A DNA stretch of 64,000 nt. Origin: Lama glama (Eukaryota). The first letter of the stretch is position 1. Every line of letters begins with the position of its first letter. The stretch spans positions 47,618,001-47,682,000 of the forward strand of contig CM052816.1 of NCBI GenBank assembly GCA_028534125.1, read 5' to 3'. The notes beneath the pieces are model-generated. The model saw nothing but the letters and a program-made list of their open reading frames with translations, was not told where the DNA came from and did not search any database. The translations under genes and the position numbers were made by a program. This document shows positions 1-12,269 of the stretch, in pieces.

Positions 1-780
1 CATTATCACAAATATCAGTTACTTTAGGATTCATCCCCTGCTCTCTCATAACATCAAATTCCTCTTTCTATTGTACCATTCCCATCAAAATACAAATACG
101 TTACTATTTCTATTTATCTCAATTGCTCTCCACATATTGTCCCATTTCCCTATTTCTTATACAAAAGAAAAAAAAGTCCAGAGATGTCTGTATTTGCTAA
201 CTCTAATTTCTCCCCTCCTATCTTCCTTTGATCCTATCTCTATCACAATTAGATTTTGTCTTCAACACGTCACCAAAAAGTGGTCTTAACATGGTCAGCA
301 GTGATAGAAATCTTGCTAAATCCAATGAGTAACACTTAGTCCTCAACCTGTTTGATGCATCAATAGCATTTAAATTATATTGCATGCCTTGTCACTGTCC
401 TGGATTTCTTCTGCCTCACTGGCTGCTTCTCCTTGGTCTCTTTCACTTTTTTGGCCTTTAAACTTTGCAATATCCCAGGGCCTATTCTCTGTCTACCCTC
501 AATCCATGGAGGAAGCCTTACATTTCTTAGCTTTAAATACTGTCTACACACTGAAATTTCCAAATCTGTTTCTTCAGCCCCAAAACATTCTCTGCAATTT
601 AGATTTTTATATCTAGTTACTTATGCACCATCTTCATTTGGCTGTTTAACAGCAATACAAGATTGAGTTTCTAGTCTTCACCCTTCCTTTACCAACTCTC
701 TCTGGCTCCCTCCACCTAAAAAAAACAAAAACCAACCAAACAAACATAAAAACCTCTGCCCCAACCAGTCTTCCCGCTTT
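1..780 (+). mobile_element. LINE-2 (L2) ORF2/RT remnant
   Basis: Degenerate L2 RT motifs: SWISSASL (cf. SWFSSYL), LNFAISQG (cf. LNVGVPQG) and FKYCLHTEISK (cf. FKYHLYADDSQ) in ORFs 380..616 and 433..666. Confidence 0.75.
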
Positions 781-782
781 AG

Positions 783-1204
783 GCCTGCAAATTGAGCAGG
801 CGTGGTGTTAGATTGGAGACTATGCATGGGCCCAGGAGCTGGGCTCCTCCTGGAGGCTGAAAGCCTGACTTGTCAGGTGTGGAGCCTGATGTTAATTGCT
901 GGGTATGTTATCAACCCTTGAGGAGACCAGTGTGGTGGCATTTGATTAATTTAATCAAGCCCTGCCTTCCCTGGAGGTGCATTTATGTGTTGGGATGAAC
1001 TAAGCCATAATAATACTTAAGAATTCTCTCTGGATAAGGCTGAAGCCGTCCTCCAAGGTCCTTTGCCTAAAACAGAACTTGGTTAGCTTCAGCCTCTTCC
1101 CTGTCTTGTTTTCGCCACCCTTTATCGGTTCCACCTGTGAGCACTTTCTTACTAAATCACTAACCCATGAATCCTTGCGTCAGGCCCCGCTTCCGGGGAC
1201 TCAA
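783..1204 (+). mobile_element. Ancient ERVL-class solo LTR (LTR33/LTR16-like)
   Basis: 1139-1204 (gagcactttcttactaaatcactaacccatgaatccttgcgtcaggccccgcttccggggac) resembles the recalled ERVL LTR 3' end (AATAAATCACTTGCAC..GAATCCTCGTCTCAGGGTCTGCTTCTGGGGAACCC). The 5' boundary is approximate. Confidence 0.55.
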
Positions 1205-1540
1205 GCCCCCGCTTCCGGGGATTCAAGCCTCCCCACTATTCTACGAGCCCTGCAAACCCAGCTCCCTTCCTCCGGTCTCTTCTCAGCGTCTGCCGGCTGT
1301 CCTCTGCGTTAAGGTCCAGCTAGCAGTGCGAGAATTCAGGGTAAGTGTCTGGAATTACCTCGACCAAATACTACAGTTCGTTTACTTTTAGAGCTGCAGT
1401 TATCCCTGTGAAGGTATTCTTGTGCCTTGGCATCGTCCGTCTTATTCCAGCGGCAGTGGCTTAGGGAAAGCTTTACTTTCAAAGGTCGTGTTGATTTCTC
1501 CCCCTATGTTAGGCGCAAGATGTCTGAGAAGCTCATACGT
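1110..1540 (+). promoter_or_regulatory. Small CpG-rich candidate promoter and first exon with donor AGG|GTAAGT at 1340/1341
   Basis: About 20 CpGs in about 430 bp against a CpG-depleted background; two CTTCCGG (ETS/GABP-type) motifs at 1190-1196 and 1212-1218; consensus 5' splice site gaattcagg|gtaagt. Confidence 0.6.
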
Positions 1541-2719
1541 GAGACCTTTACTATTATGCAACCAACTTAAAACAGAAATTTTAATTTTTAAAAGTAGTTA
1601 CTTAATAAACATACAAGGCTAACTCCATTGAGTTTCTGGTGCTGTTGGTATCTACCGACAATCAAACAGATACCAAGAATTTCTCACCTAAAAATAAATG
1701 ATAGTGTTGATAATGGCTCTGGTTTGTTAAGACTGTTTTAAACAATAACTGCGTGTCACTCTAAGTTGTACTTTATTTGTTAAAAGAACATTCAGATTTC
1801 TTCCTAATTCAAACCTTGGTTTAAAAAAAGCATAATTGGGAATTGAACTGAACTAACTTTGGATTCACTTTCCTAGCTAAGCTGATTTTTTTTCATGTTT
1901 TAATTGCTCCCTAATTTCTCTATTATTGCTGCATGTCCTAAAATAAATTTTCCATCTGCTCTTTCCATGTTTGATTGTCATGTTGGTTCTCTTTGAAACT
2001 GCTAAACAAGCAGCTTTTCTAATCGCAATTTGTGGCTGTGGTGCACTTCAGTGCTTGCTCTGCATATAGAAAATGCACTTGCTGTTAAAAAAAAAAAAAC
2101 ACCGAATAGATTGAATATAACTTGATAATTCCATTTGTGGATATAGATTGTACTCTGCAGCAGTTTTATTCCCACATTTAGTAAATTCTGGTAAAATGAA
2201 CAATTTCTGGGAAAAAAGTGATTTAAAGAAAATAGCAAACATCTGTGCATGTTTCCTCCAGATTTTTCTCCAACTTACCAGGCTCTCAAAAGTTTTCAGT
2301 TCAATTTAAAAAGGAAGAGTATTTTTTTTTAAAGCATAATGAGATATTCTGTAATTAGACACCTTTCTTAAGATAAGGAAACATGTTGCTACCTGACTAT
2401 ATTTTATAATTCTGAGTAAAAAATTTACATTAAAATGATCAGAATAACAATGAGTTATTTCAGAGACTTACTAGTATACAAGATTAAGGGATAGTTAAAA
2501 GTGTAGAACTAAAATTTTTTGTTTCTAACATTAAACTAAAGAAATTCACATACAGTAATAAAGGAACATGCTTTTTCAATAGTAAATTTAATTTTCTATA
2601 CAAACTAATAGAAAAATCCAATTGCTTGACTCTACAACTTAAGGTAGTTCATGGTTGATTGTTAAGGTATTATTTTCACCTTCCAAAAATTTATTATGAA
2701 TATAAAGTAAAACTGATTC

Positions 2720-3220
2720 TACTTTTTAGTATGGTACATTACTAAATTTGGGGAAGGTGATTTGGCCACATACTGTGTAAACCTTAAAAATGTCAGTATT
2801 TTTTCATATAGTGAATCTACTGCAACTAAGTTACATTAAGAAAATAATCAGATTTATACCAAGACACACACTGAATGGTATTCATTTCACCATAAGCCAT
2901 AATGTAAAAAATCTGACTGTCCAATAGGAAGGGGATGGTTTGATAAACTAGGGTATGCCCATATATGGACAATAACTAAACAATTTAAAATTATTTTAGG
3001 GGAACGTTTGATCTCTTAAAAAGGCTCACAAAGTATAAAAATGAAGTTATAGTATATTCATATAGATAATTCATAATTATGTTCATAATAGAAATACAGA
3101 AAATTGTGGCAAGATCATACAAAATATTAACAGTGGTTTTCTCTGTTATGACATTATTGATAATATTTATTCTTTACATGTGTATATTTTCCAAATTTCC
3201 ACAATAGTAATGTTACTTTT
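2720..3220 (+). mobile_element. Old L1 (L1ME-like) 3' fragment
   Basis: L1ME-type motifs tgtccaataggaaggggatggtttgataaac, aaatattaacagtggttttctctg and gtatattttccaaattt. Confidence 0.55.
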
Positions 3221-4399
3221 TAGCTAGAGGAGAACTATATAAAAATTACACTGTAAGCTTTTTACATTATAATGCTAGATCACTATTTTAGACATACATC
3301 AGACTATTGATTGAAGACTAGCTTAATCAATAGGATTGATGTGGAAAGAAAAATGTGGGCATGTGACTTTAAGTTAAGGTGAAATGTGCTTGGAGGAAGT
3401 CAGGAACTCTTAGTATTTAATTTTTAGAGTAGTTTTCAACATGAAGAGACTGCGGAACTGTTACCTTTTCACCTCTGGTTTTAAACAGAAATGCATGTGT
3501 GCAACTTGAATCTATGGGTTGATATTTCTGTACTCTAGGCCTGTCAATCCCTCACCTTTCCAGAACACTATACCAATAAAGTGAATTATTTTCAAGAATA
3601 ACGAAACAGAGAAAATGTGATCCATAATTGACTTCTTTGTTCTGCCAATTGACTAAGTGACACTTAGTCATCTCTAAGTGCCTGGAGAAAATAAAAGGCA
3701 TTTCTTTTGTGAAGCTGATGAACAATTAAGCAATTGTAAGGCATTGAACGACAAAGTAGAGAATGCAGTGTAATACTGTTTTATGCGCCTTCCCTCCGTT
3801 TCTCTTTTTATTTTTATTTTTGGAGAAAAAATGCTTGAGGCAGATATTTTACTCTCCCTCCTACTCTCTAGCTTTTAAAATAATGATGAACATTTGCTCT
3901 GGCTAACATAGATGTAGACAAGCCATGGTTCAAATAAAGAAGTTGTTTTCTGAGTCACCCAGCACACTGTTTAGGAAAAAAAAGTGCTGCTGGGCTTTTT
4001 AACTTTGTTCAAAGTTCAGAAGGACTGAGTACTTCCAAATTTCATTCCCTGAAACAACTGCAAGTTTTCGTGTTGGGGATTATAGTACACTGCTGTTCCC
4101 AGTGTTCATTATCTTTCAAACTCAGCTGAGATGGTTATAGGGCATCCTTTCTAAAACTACAAAGGCTTTGAAAGTTGTCAGTTACGAAGAATTGTCTTTG
4201 GTTCATGCAAAATAACAAAGCTCTCTTTAACAAGTTAATGCTAACAAAAGTGATATTATGTGGAATCATATGAAATCATGTACCCATTTTACTTTATCAC
4301 TCAATTGATATATTCACATACATATGTGTGTACATATACGTATATGTTTTTTACTTGATGATGGTTGTCAAGGGTAGACTACTCTGTAAAGCAACGTGA

Positions 4400-5830
4400 T
4401 AGACTGAAATCTGCAATCTAATCTTTTCTGTTACAAACCCAGAAATGCTGGATAAATGTAATAAATAAACAAATAGACCCACTACAAGTGTTCTTTTAAC
4501 ACAAATGGACCCAAAGGATAACAGTAAGCATTAGGCAGCCCACAAAGGGTTGGATATGAAATATAGGTTAAAGGGAATAGGACTGGGGCTCTAACAACCC
4601 CCAGATTAGCAGATATGGCCTTAAGGCTAAATCACTAAGGAAAGTGAACGAAGGTAAAGAATATGTGCAAATTTCAGAGCAATAAAAAGAATAAAAGAAA
4701 ATAAAATTCAAACAATCCAATAGTAGTCTAAGAAGAACAGAAGCAAAAGAAGCAAATGCAGTAGTAATACAATATAGTAAATGCAAAACAAAATAATATA
4801 ATAGAAATAAATTCAACATTAATCACAATAAATGTAAACTTAACTGATAGGAGACACATTCTCAAAAATAAGTCCAGATGATAAGGACACCAAAAATGGA
4901 AAAGAAGAAATCATCACAGAATCATGTCAAGTGTATTTCCCAGAATTGAAGAAGGGACGTTTCCAAATGAAAAAGTCCACAAAAATGACAGGCATAATGA
5001 CATGGATGAATATGAAAGGCATTATGAAGGAAGTCAGTTACACGCATATTGTGTGACTCCAGTTATGTGTCATTCCGGAAGAGCTGAGAGTTTTTAGGGA
5101 ACAGATCAAATCAGCAGTTGTCAAGGAGTAGGAGCTGTGGAGGGTTTGACTGCATAGAGGAAACATGAGGGTTAGTTTTGGAATGACGAGACTTGTATCC
5201 TGAATGTGGTGGTAGTTACAAGAATCTACACATAAGTTCAAACCTAGAACTGGACACACACACACAAAGTCAATTTAACTGTGTCAATTTAAAAAAATAA
5301 TAATAGTATTAGCTCAAGATTTTAAGTGGCCTAAAGGTCTTGGAAGTTATTTTCAAGCTGAAAAACTAAAAATAATAATAATAATAATTACTGTTGAAAT
5401 AAAAAATTTGTTAGAAGTAAGAAAATAAATTTCATGACTAAATAATTTTTCTTCTATTTCTAGATAATGTAAGAATTATATTTTGGTTGCTGCTGTTTAA
5501 CAAGTCCCCCACTATATAAACAGTTAAGAATTTTACATGAAAATCTTGTAATTAAGGATATTCGAAGCAAAGGATTTTTTTCTCTGTATATAAGGGCTGA
5601 AACTGCTCTAGTTAAGCACCAATATATTTAAATAGCTTTGGGGTTTAAAAAATGGAGTCATATCTTCAAAATTCTGAGAGAGAGTGATTTTCGGACTAGA
5701 ATTGAATGCCCAGGCAAAACATGAATTGTGAGCAGAGAATAAAGGCATTTTGAAGATAAGCAATATCTTGATACATTTACTTATCACACATTCTTTCTTA
5801 GGAAGCTTTTGGAACCAAAGTAGGTAAAGT
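4400..5830 (+). mobile_element. Old L1M fragments, including an L1MC/MD-type 3' end at about 5020-5300
   Basis: 3' UTR motifs gtatcctgaatgtggtggtagttac and aaagtcaatttaactgtg followed by an A-rich tail; ORF1-like tcttcaaaattctgagag...ctagaattgaatgcccaggcaaaac near 5660-5720. Confidence 0.5.
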
Positions 5831-6129
5831 AAGAGTGTAAGACCTAGAATAAATGATAAAGGAGTAAAATCTTGAGACTCAAAATGAGTTTAGGATGAGA
5901 TATTAAATGAGTCTGGAAGGGCATGAATAAAATGAGTACTACCATAGGTAGTTCAGTTCAACAAAGATGTAATGAGAAATGATACCATGACAGACTGTTG
6001 GGTAAAAAATAAACAATATTTTGGAGTCTCCCAGCTAATTGAGAATAGTGGCAATTGATGCAGTATGGTATGGTATTATTAGGATAGGAAATACAGAAGG
6101 TACTGAAGAGAAAACAGAAAGGCCCAAAC

Positions 6130-7330
6130 CCAGAAGGACCCAGGAGAAACTGGGAAAGAGGGGAGGGTGGGATGACTTCATGGAGGAGGTGGTATGTTTG
6201 ATGAAACTTGAAATTTGAGTATGAGTTAGCCAAGCAAGGAAGGTTTAAGGGGAAGAAAAGGGTTCTACTCAAAGAACTGGTTTATCAGAAGGCCTTGGTC
6301 CAGGGAAATCAGGGTGTTCTGGATAGAGTTCAGTATGGCTGGTCAGTATGTCTGGTCAGAGTTCAGTATGGCTGGTCAGAGACTGTGAGGAAAAGTGAGG
6401 CTAAAAACTTAAGCAGAAACTAGCTCAGATCATGCAGGGGCTGCAGGCCATGTTGGGTTATTTTGGATGTATGCTGAGATTAATGAGAAGTTTTAAGAAG
6501 GATGGAATTAAGAAATCACTCTACATGAAAGGAAAGATTGAAAAGGGTAAATTTAAGGAAGAGGGAGACTTGAATGGCTGATGAAGTTCCAAACAAGTTA
6601 GGAAGAGAGTGAAGCTGGAGAGAAGAAAACAGTATAATCAATATAACTTGACAAGAGTGAATGAGAGAGAGAAGTAAGGGATGAAACTAAAGACACTGAC
6701 ACAGCCAAAAAATAACCTGTCATACTTCTTTCTTCAAGATTTTCTAGTACTTCATTATAGTCAGAATGTCCAAGTTGGACAAAGTTAGGCCTTGACTCTA
6801 TTTGTGAAGAAGTAGATTTTTCCCCAGACAGTGATACTTATTCTGGGAACTGAAAACTGGGGCTAGGCTTTTATAAGAGAAGGAAAGGAAAAGGAGATGA
6901 TAGTACCGAGGGGTAGAGAATGGGAGGAAGAAGGGACAGTTTTCAAAGGATGTATGGCTGGGATGAAAACCCTGTTCAGTGTTAGCTGCAAAGTAAATAC
7001 AAATTGACCTCAAAGAGGATGGCACTGGAAGAGGGGGGACTCTCCACTACCCCACCCTTTCTCACGCTTTGTGAATCACACAGTGGACAAGAATTGGCAG
7101 AATCACCGTGTTTAACACTGACTCTTTGCAGGAAAAGTCAGCAGTCTCCAGGAAAGAAATGAGTTCCCAGGTTTCTCTTGGTGTAAAGCCATTGCGGTGG
7201 GAATGAGGCTGGGGATGATGTTAGTCTTTTGAGTTTGGGAATTATCAAAAAGGAAGTAGAGCAAGGGGACCATGTCAGGAAAGAAAGATAAGCCTAGAGA
7301 AAGGGATTTGAAACACTGAATTTGAATAAT
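6130..7330 (-). mobile_element. Fragmented L2
   Basis: Purine-rich antisense L2 motifs gacttcatggaggaggtgg and cagatcatgcaggggctgcaggccatg. Confidence 0.45.
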
Positions 7331-8529
7331 CCACAGGTAAGAATTTATTTTCTACCCCCAAAACTGTTGAAGTCTTCTTTATGCAGAGCACAAGTATATC
7401 CACGTCGCAATGTAAATGAAAACAGTTCTTTCTCCTTCAGTAACAGCAAATCTGAAGTGGCTAGAAACATATCTACAGACAGGAATATGAAGCCTTTGTC
7501 TGGTGACCTCTCTCACTACCTAAACAGTCACCCAGTACTCTAACGGCAGGGTTTGTAAGGCAGCACCAATCCCCATGTTAAAAAATGACTCCGTGACTAA
7601 GATCTGTCTACTTAATAATTCCTTCCGTAAACTCTTTATTTGTTGTAGAAATGGGTCTGGATTGACAGTTGAGATGATTGCATAATTGATGAAAGGAGAA
7701 AAGATATTTATCCTGTCACTTAAACAGAGTAGCATTTTAGGAGCTAGTATGGAGCCCTCATTTCCATTCGTTTATAATTATTAGAAATGTTTTTTAAGAT
7801 TTGGTATTTTCCTTTAAATTTTGGATCCAATTGTCAAGTTAGTTTGATATCAGACTCAAAATGGATAATAGATATATTATGAGCTTTTAACATGACCAAG
7901 TTTAATGATTATTGTTTACAATAATTTTGATGAATAATCTTCCTAGCACAAAATAGAGTTAAGTACTGAAAGAAAAATTCACCTCCACTTACTTTAATGA
8001 TTTTGGTTCTGTGTGAAAGAAAAAAACCTACTTTTAATTTAAAAAGTAACTTTGTTTTTTATTACTCTATCTTAAAATAGAATCTTTTAAAAATGTGTGT
8101 AGTTCATCTGCCTGAGCAGAGTACGCAAGACCAATTTACAGTAGGGGCCATGTAGTGCTGATGAAAATCGGTACTTGCTCTTTCCACTGGGCATCACATT
8201 GCATCTGTTTTTATGACAGCATTGGATTCAGAAATTAAGCACAGCAGGAAGGAAGACCTTGTATAGATTCAAAATATATTGCATGTCTTGACATTATAAC
8301 CTACTTTTACAGGAGGAGTTGGGGAGGCTGAAAAATCCCTCTGCTGTGCTTAAGGAAAGTTAAACCAGGGGAAAAAATAATATGCTTTTCCTTTTAAAGA
8401 ATGTTCATCCCCAAAGTTTACCAAAAGATAGTGCTGGTGGATCATTCTGACTTGAACACATGCGATCACAAGATTATTTCCGGTGACACAAACAATCAAA
8501 GTTTCCTGATTTCAATAAGAAAACAACCT

Positions 8530-8740
8530 CTACTTTGAAAAAGTATTCTATAGTAATACACAACATGTATACAAAATACAGAAAACAAAAATGTACATCT
8601 CAGTAAACTAACACAGAGGAAATATTCATGTAACTGTCAAACAGATCAAGAAATAGAACAATGCCAGCAACCCAGAAATCGCCTCACACCTCTTCTGAAC
8701 TACATGTCTCTAAACATTAGTTTGGTATTGCATATTTTTT
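8530..8740 (-). mobile_element. Old L1M 3' end
   Basis: catgtaactgtcaaacagatcaagaaatagaacaatgccagcaacccagaa, typical of an L1MD/ME 3' UTR in antisense. Confidence 0.6.
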
Positions 8741-8774
8741 TAACTTTTTCAGATAAAATCTTTTTTAAAATGGT

Positions 8775-8937
8775 ATTTATTTTTTTTTTTGTTGCAGTAT
8801 AGTCAGTTTACAATGTTGTGCCAATTTCTGGTGTACAGCACAATTCTCCAGTCATACATGAATATACATATATTCATTTTCATATTCTTTTTCACTGTAA
8901 GCTACCACAAGATATTGAATATATTTCCCTGTGCTGT
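8775..8937 (-). mobile_element. Very short, lineage-specific L1 3' end
   Basis: Poly(T) then gcagtatagtcagtttacaatgttgtg; closely similar to the L1 tail at about 30020-30165. Confidence 0.85.
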
Positions 8938-8939
8938 GT

Positions 8940-10945
8940 TTTCACTGATTGGAATATATTTTTCCATTCTTTTAATTTCAGTCTGTGTATGTCTTTGGAT
9001 CTACCATGAATCTCTTGTAGGCAGCATATATATGGGTTTTAATATTTTTTTAAATCCATTCAGCCACTCTGTGTCTTTTGATTGGAACATTTAGTCCATT
9101 TACATTTAAAGTAATTGATAGGTATATACTTACTGCCATTTCGTTAGTTATTTGGGTGTGTTTTTATAGTTCTTTTTTTTTTCTCCTATTTACCTCCCTT
9201 GTGATTTGATGACTCTTTTCAGTATTATGTTTGGATTCCTTTCTCTTTTTTGTGTTTATCTGTTACAGATTTTTGATTTGTGGTTACCATGAGGTTTATA
9301 GGTAACAGCCTATGTATGTAGCAGCCTATTTTAAGTTGGTAGTTGCCCAAGTTTGAGTGCATTTTAAAAGCACTACATTTTTACTACCCCCAGCCCATGT
9401 TTTATTTTTTTAATGTCATATTTTACATCTTTTTATTCTGTGTATAACTTAATGAATTAATTTAGATAACATTTTTTGTAAGTCTAGTTTAGTGGTCATA
9501 AAATCTTAGTTTTTGCTTGTCTAGGAAACTCTGCCTTTTGAGTCTGAATGACAGCCTTGCTGGGTAGAGCATTCAAGTTTTTTTTCTTTCCTTTCAGTGC
9601 TTTGAATATATTATACCAGTCTCTTCTGGCCTGTAAAGTCTGCTGAAAAATCAGCTAATAGTCTTACTGGGGTTCCCTTATATACAACTAGTTGTTTTTC
9701 TCTCTTTGTTTTTCTCTTTCTGTTTTTATGATTCTCTCGTTGTCTTTAACTTTTGACATTTTAATTATAATGTGTCTTGGTGTGGGTCTCTTTGGGTTCA
9801 TCTTGTTTGGGATTCTCTATTCCAAACTTAAGGACTGGATATCTGTTTCGTTTGACAGGTTAAGGAAATTTTCAGCCATTATTTCTTCAAATAGTTTTTC
9901 TGTCCTTTTTCTCTTCTCCATCTGAGACCTCTATAATGTGAATGTTAGTTCACTTGGTATTATTCCAGAACTCTCTTAAACTATTCTCATTTTTCTTTTT
10001 TCTTTAATCTTCTTGCTGTTCCAGTTGAATGATTTCCACTACCCTGTCTTCCGAATTACTGGTTTGTTCTTTATCCTCTAATCTGCTGTTGATTCCCTCT
10101 GGTGCATTTTTCATTTCAGTAACTGTATTCTTCAGTTTGATTAATTCTTTTTTATATTTTCTATTTCTTTGTTAAGTTTCTCACTGAACTCAACCATTCT
10201 TGAGTTTGGTGAGCATCTTTATAACTATTACTTTGGTCTCTTTAACTGGTAAATTGCTATCTCCGATTTGTTTTGTTCTTTTTCTGATGTCTTGTCTTTA
10301 ATTTTGAAGGCATTCCTTTTTCTCCTCATTTGCCCAACTCTCTGTGGTTCTATGTATTAGATATATCAGCAATGTCTCCCAATCTTTCGAAGAGTGGTCT
10401 TATGTAGAAGGTGTCCTGTAAGTCAAGTTGCATGATCTCTGTTGGTCACCAAAGCCAGGTACTCCAAGAGTTGTGATTGGGCCATGAATGCTGTGGATGC
10501 CCTGGAGAGTAGGGCTTTTCCCTGGCCCAGCTGTCTATGAGGTGTGGCTGCAACTGCTAGGGCACACTGGCAGGGCAAGGCTGGCCTCTTGGAGCAGGCG
10601 CTACTTAGGAAGGGTGCCAGTGCTGACAGGGGCCACCTGGACTGGGAGCCCAATGTGAGACTCAGACCCATTGCTCCTCAGTGGGGAACTCCACAGTTGT
10701 GCTATCCCTTCAACTTGTATGTTGCCACACTCGAGGTGTGAGTTCTTACTAGACTGTGTCTCTGCCCCTTCTACCCATCTTCATGTGGCCTTTTCTCTAC
10801 ATCCTTAGTTCTAGAAAATCTGTTCTGTTAGTGTTCACATAATTCTTATAGTTGTTGTATATAAAGTTGTAGTTTAGTTTGGCATGTCTATAGGAGGAGT
10901 TGAGCTCAGAATCTTCCTACTTCACCACCTTTATCCAGTCTCCTA
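8940..10945 (-). mobile_element. L1 5' portion (5' UTR, decayed ORF1, start of ORF2)
   Basis: ORF1 antisense motifs (tctgctgaaaaatcagctaatagtctt; aggaaattttcagccattatttcttcaaat), a GC-richer 5' UTR at 10400-10940 and a terminal tcttcctacttcaccacctt motif; homologous to 40750-43160. Confidence 0.85.
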
Positions 10946-12265
10946 CAATATATATTTTAGGATAGCTTGTCAACTCCCACAAAACAACTCCTAGGATTTG
11001 TGTTACAATTGTACTGAAACTCTACTAAAGTATTTTTGAGAAATCTGACACTTTTACTGTATTGAGCTTTCCAATCTATAAGCTTAAACAATTTATTTAT
11101 TCAGTTCTTCTTAGTTTCTCTCAGTAATATTACATGCGTTTTACTGAAGAGTTCTTACACCTCTACATTTACATTTATTCCTGGGTATTTTTTATCCCAT
11201 TATAAGTAGTACTATTTATTAAAATTTTATTTTCTATTTACTTTTGCTTATATGGAAATAAAGTGATTTTTGTATATTGATCTTGCTCAAGCACCCTTAC
11301 TAAATTGACTACTAAGTATAATAGTTGATGCATTCTTTTGAATTTTTTCCATACTCAGTCATACCAATCTGTAAATTATGAGAGTTTTATTTTTTCCTTT
11401 CCAATTCTCATAATTTTAATTTCTTTAAAATTGCATTCTGCTTGCACTACAACATGAGTTGAATGAATATACTTGTCTTGGTCACAGTTTCAGGTGGAAA
11501 GCTTTCATTATTTCTCAGTGAACTTTGATATTTGTTATACATTCTTTACACATAATGTTTGTCTTACGGTAGTCTTCCATACCTAGTTTATTATGAGGTT
11601 TTATAGTGAATCTATATGAAATTTTACTTTATTGAGTGCATTTCTGTATCTGTTGAATTATGTACTTTCGGGGTTTTTTTTTTTTTTCCTCAATTTGGTT
11701 GATTTCTGAGGTTGATTTCAGAATGTGATCAACTTTACATCCCCGATACGAATCAATAAATTATAATTTATTATGCTTTTTAAAGTCATTGAATTCTATT
11801 TGATAAATTTGGTGTGTGGAGAGGGGAGGCTTTTGCATTTAGGTTTATGAAAGATTGACCTGCAGTGTTTCTTCCTGGTATTGTCCTTGTCTGCTCATAA
11901 AATGAGTTGAGAAGTGTGCCCTTCTTTTCTGTTTTATCCTGTTTTGTACTATTTTATTTGGATAAGATTGCTATTATATATTTTTTAAGTGTTTTGAGAA
12001 TTCACAAGTAAAGCCGTATGGGCCTATGATTTTTCTTATGAGAAGGTTCTAAATTACAGATTCAATGTCTTTGATGTGTAGTTTTTAAAGGTATGTTGAC
12101 CTATTCAGATTTTCTCCTCTGTCAGTTTTGGTAAGTTGTGTTTTTCTAGAAACACTTTTTTTAAAATCTAAATTCTAAAATGTATTGGCACAAGGTTTTC
12201 AAAATATCCTCTTATTATGTTTTTAAAGGCTGTAGAATCAGTGATAATGTCCCTTTTCATCTTCT
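10946..12265 (-). mobile_element. Old L1M ORF2 fragment
   Basis: Antisense ORF2 motifs (cataaaatgagttgagaagtgt; cagttttggtaagttgtgtttttctagaaa); ORF 12168..12377 contains ITDSTAFKNIIRGYFENL. Confidence 0.75.
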
Positions 12266-12269
12266 GTTT

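Noticed and set aside
8775..10945. A single spliced or internally deleted L1 joining the ORF2 start directly to the 3' tail
   Set aside because: The tail looks younger than the 5' portion and I found no shared TSD, so two independent insertions are at least as likely.
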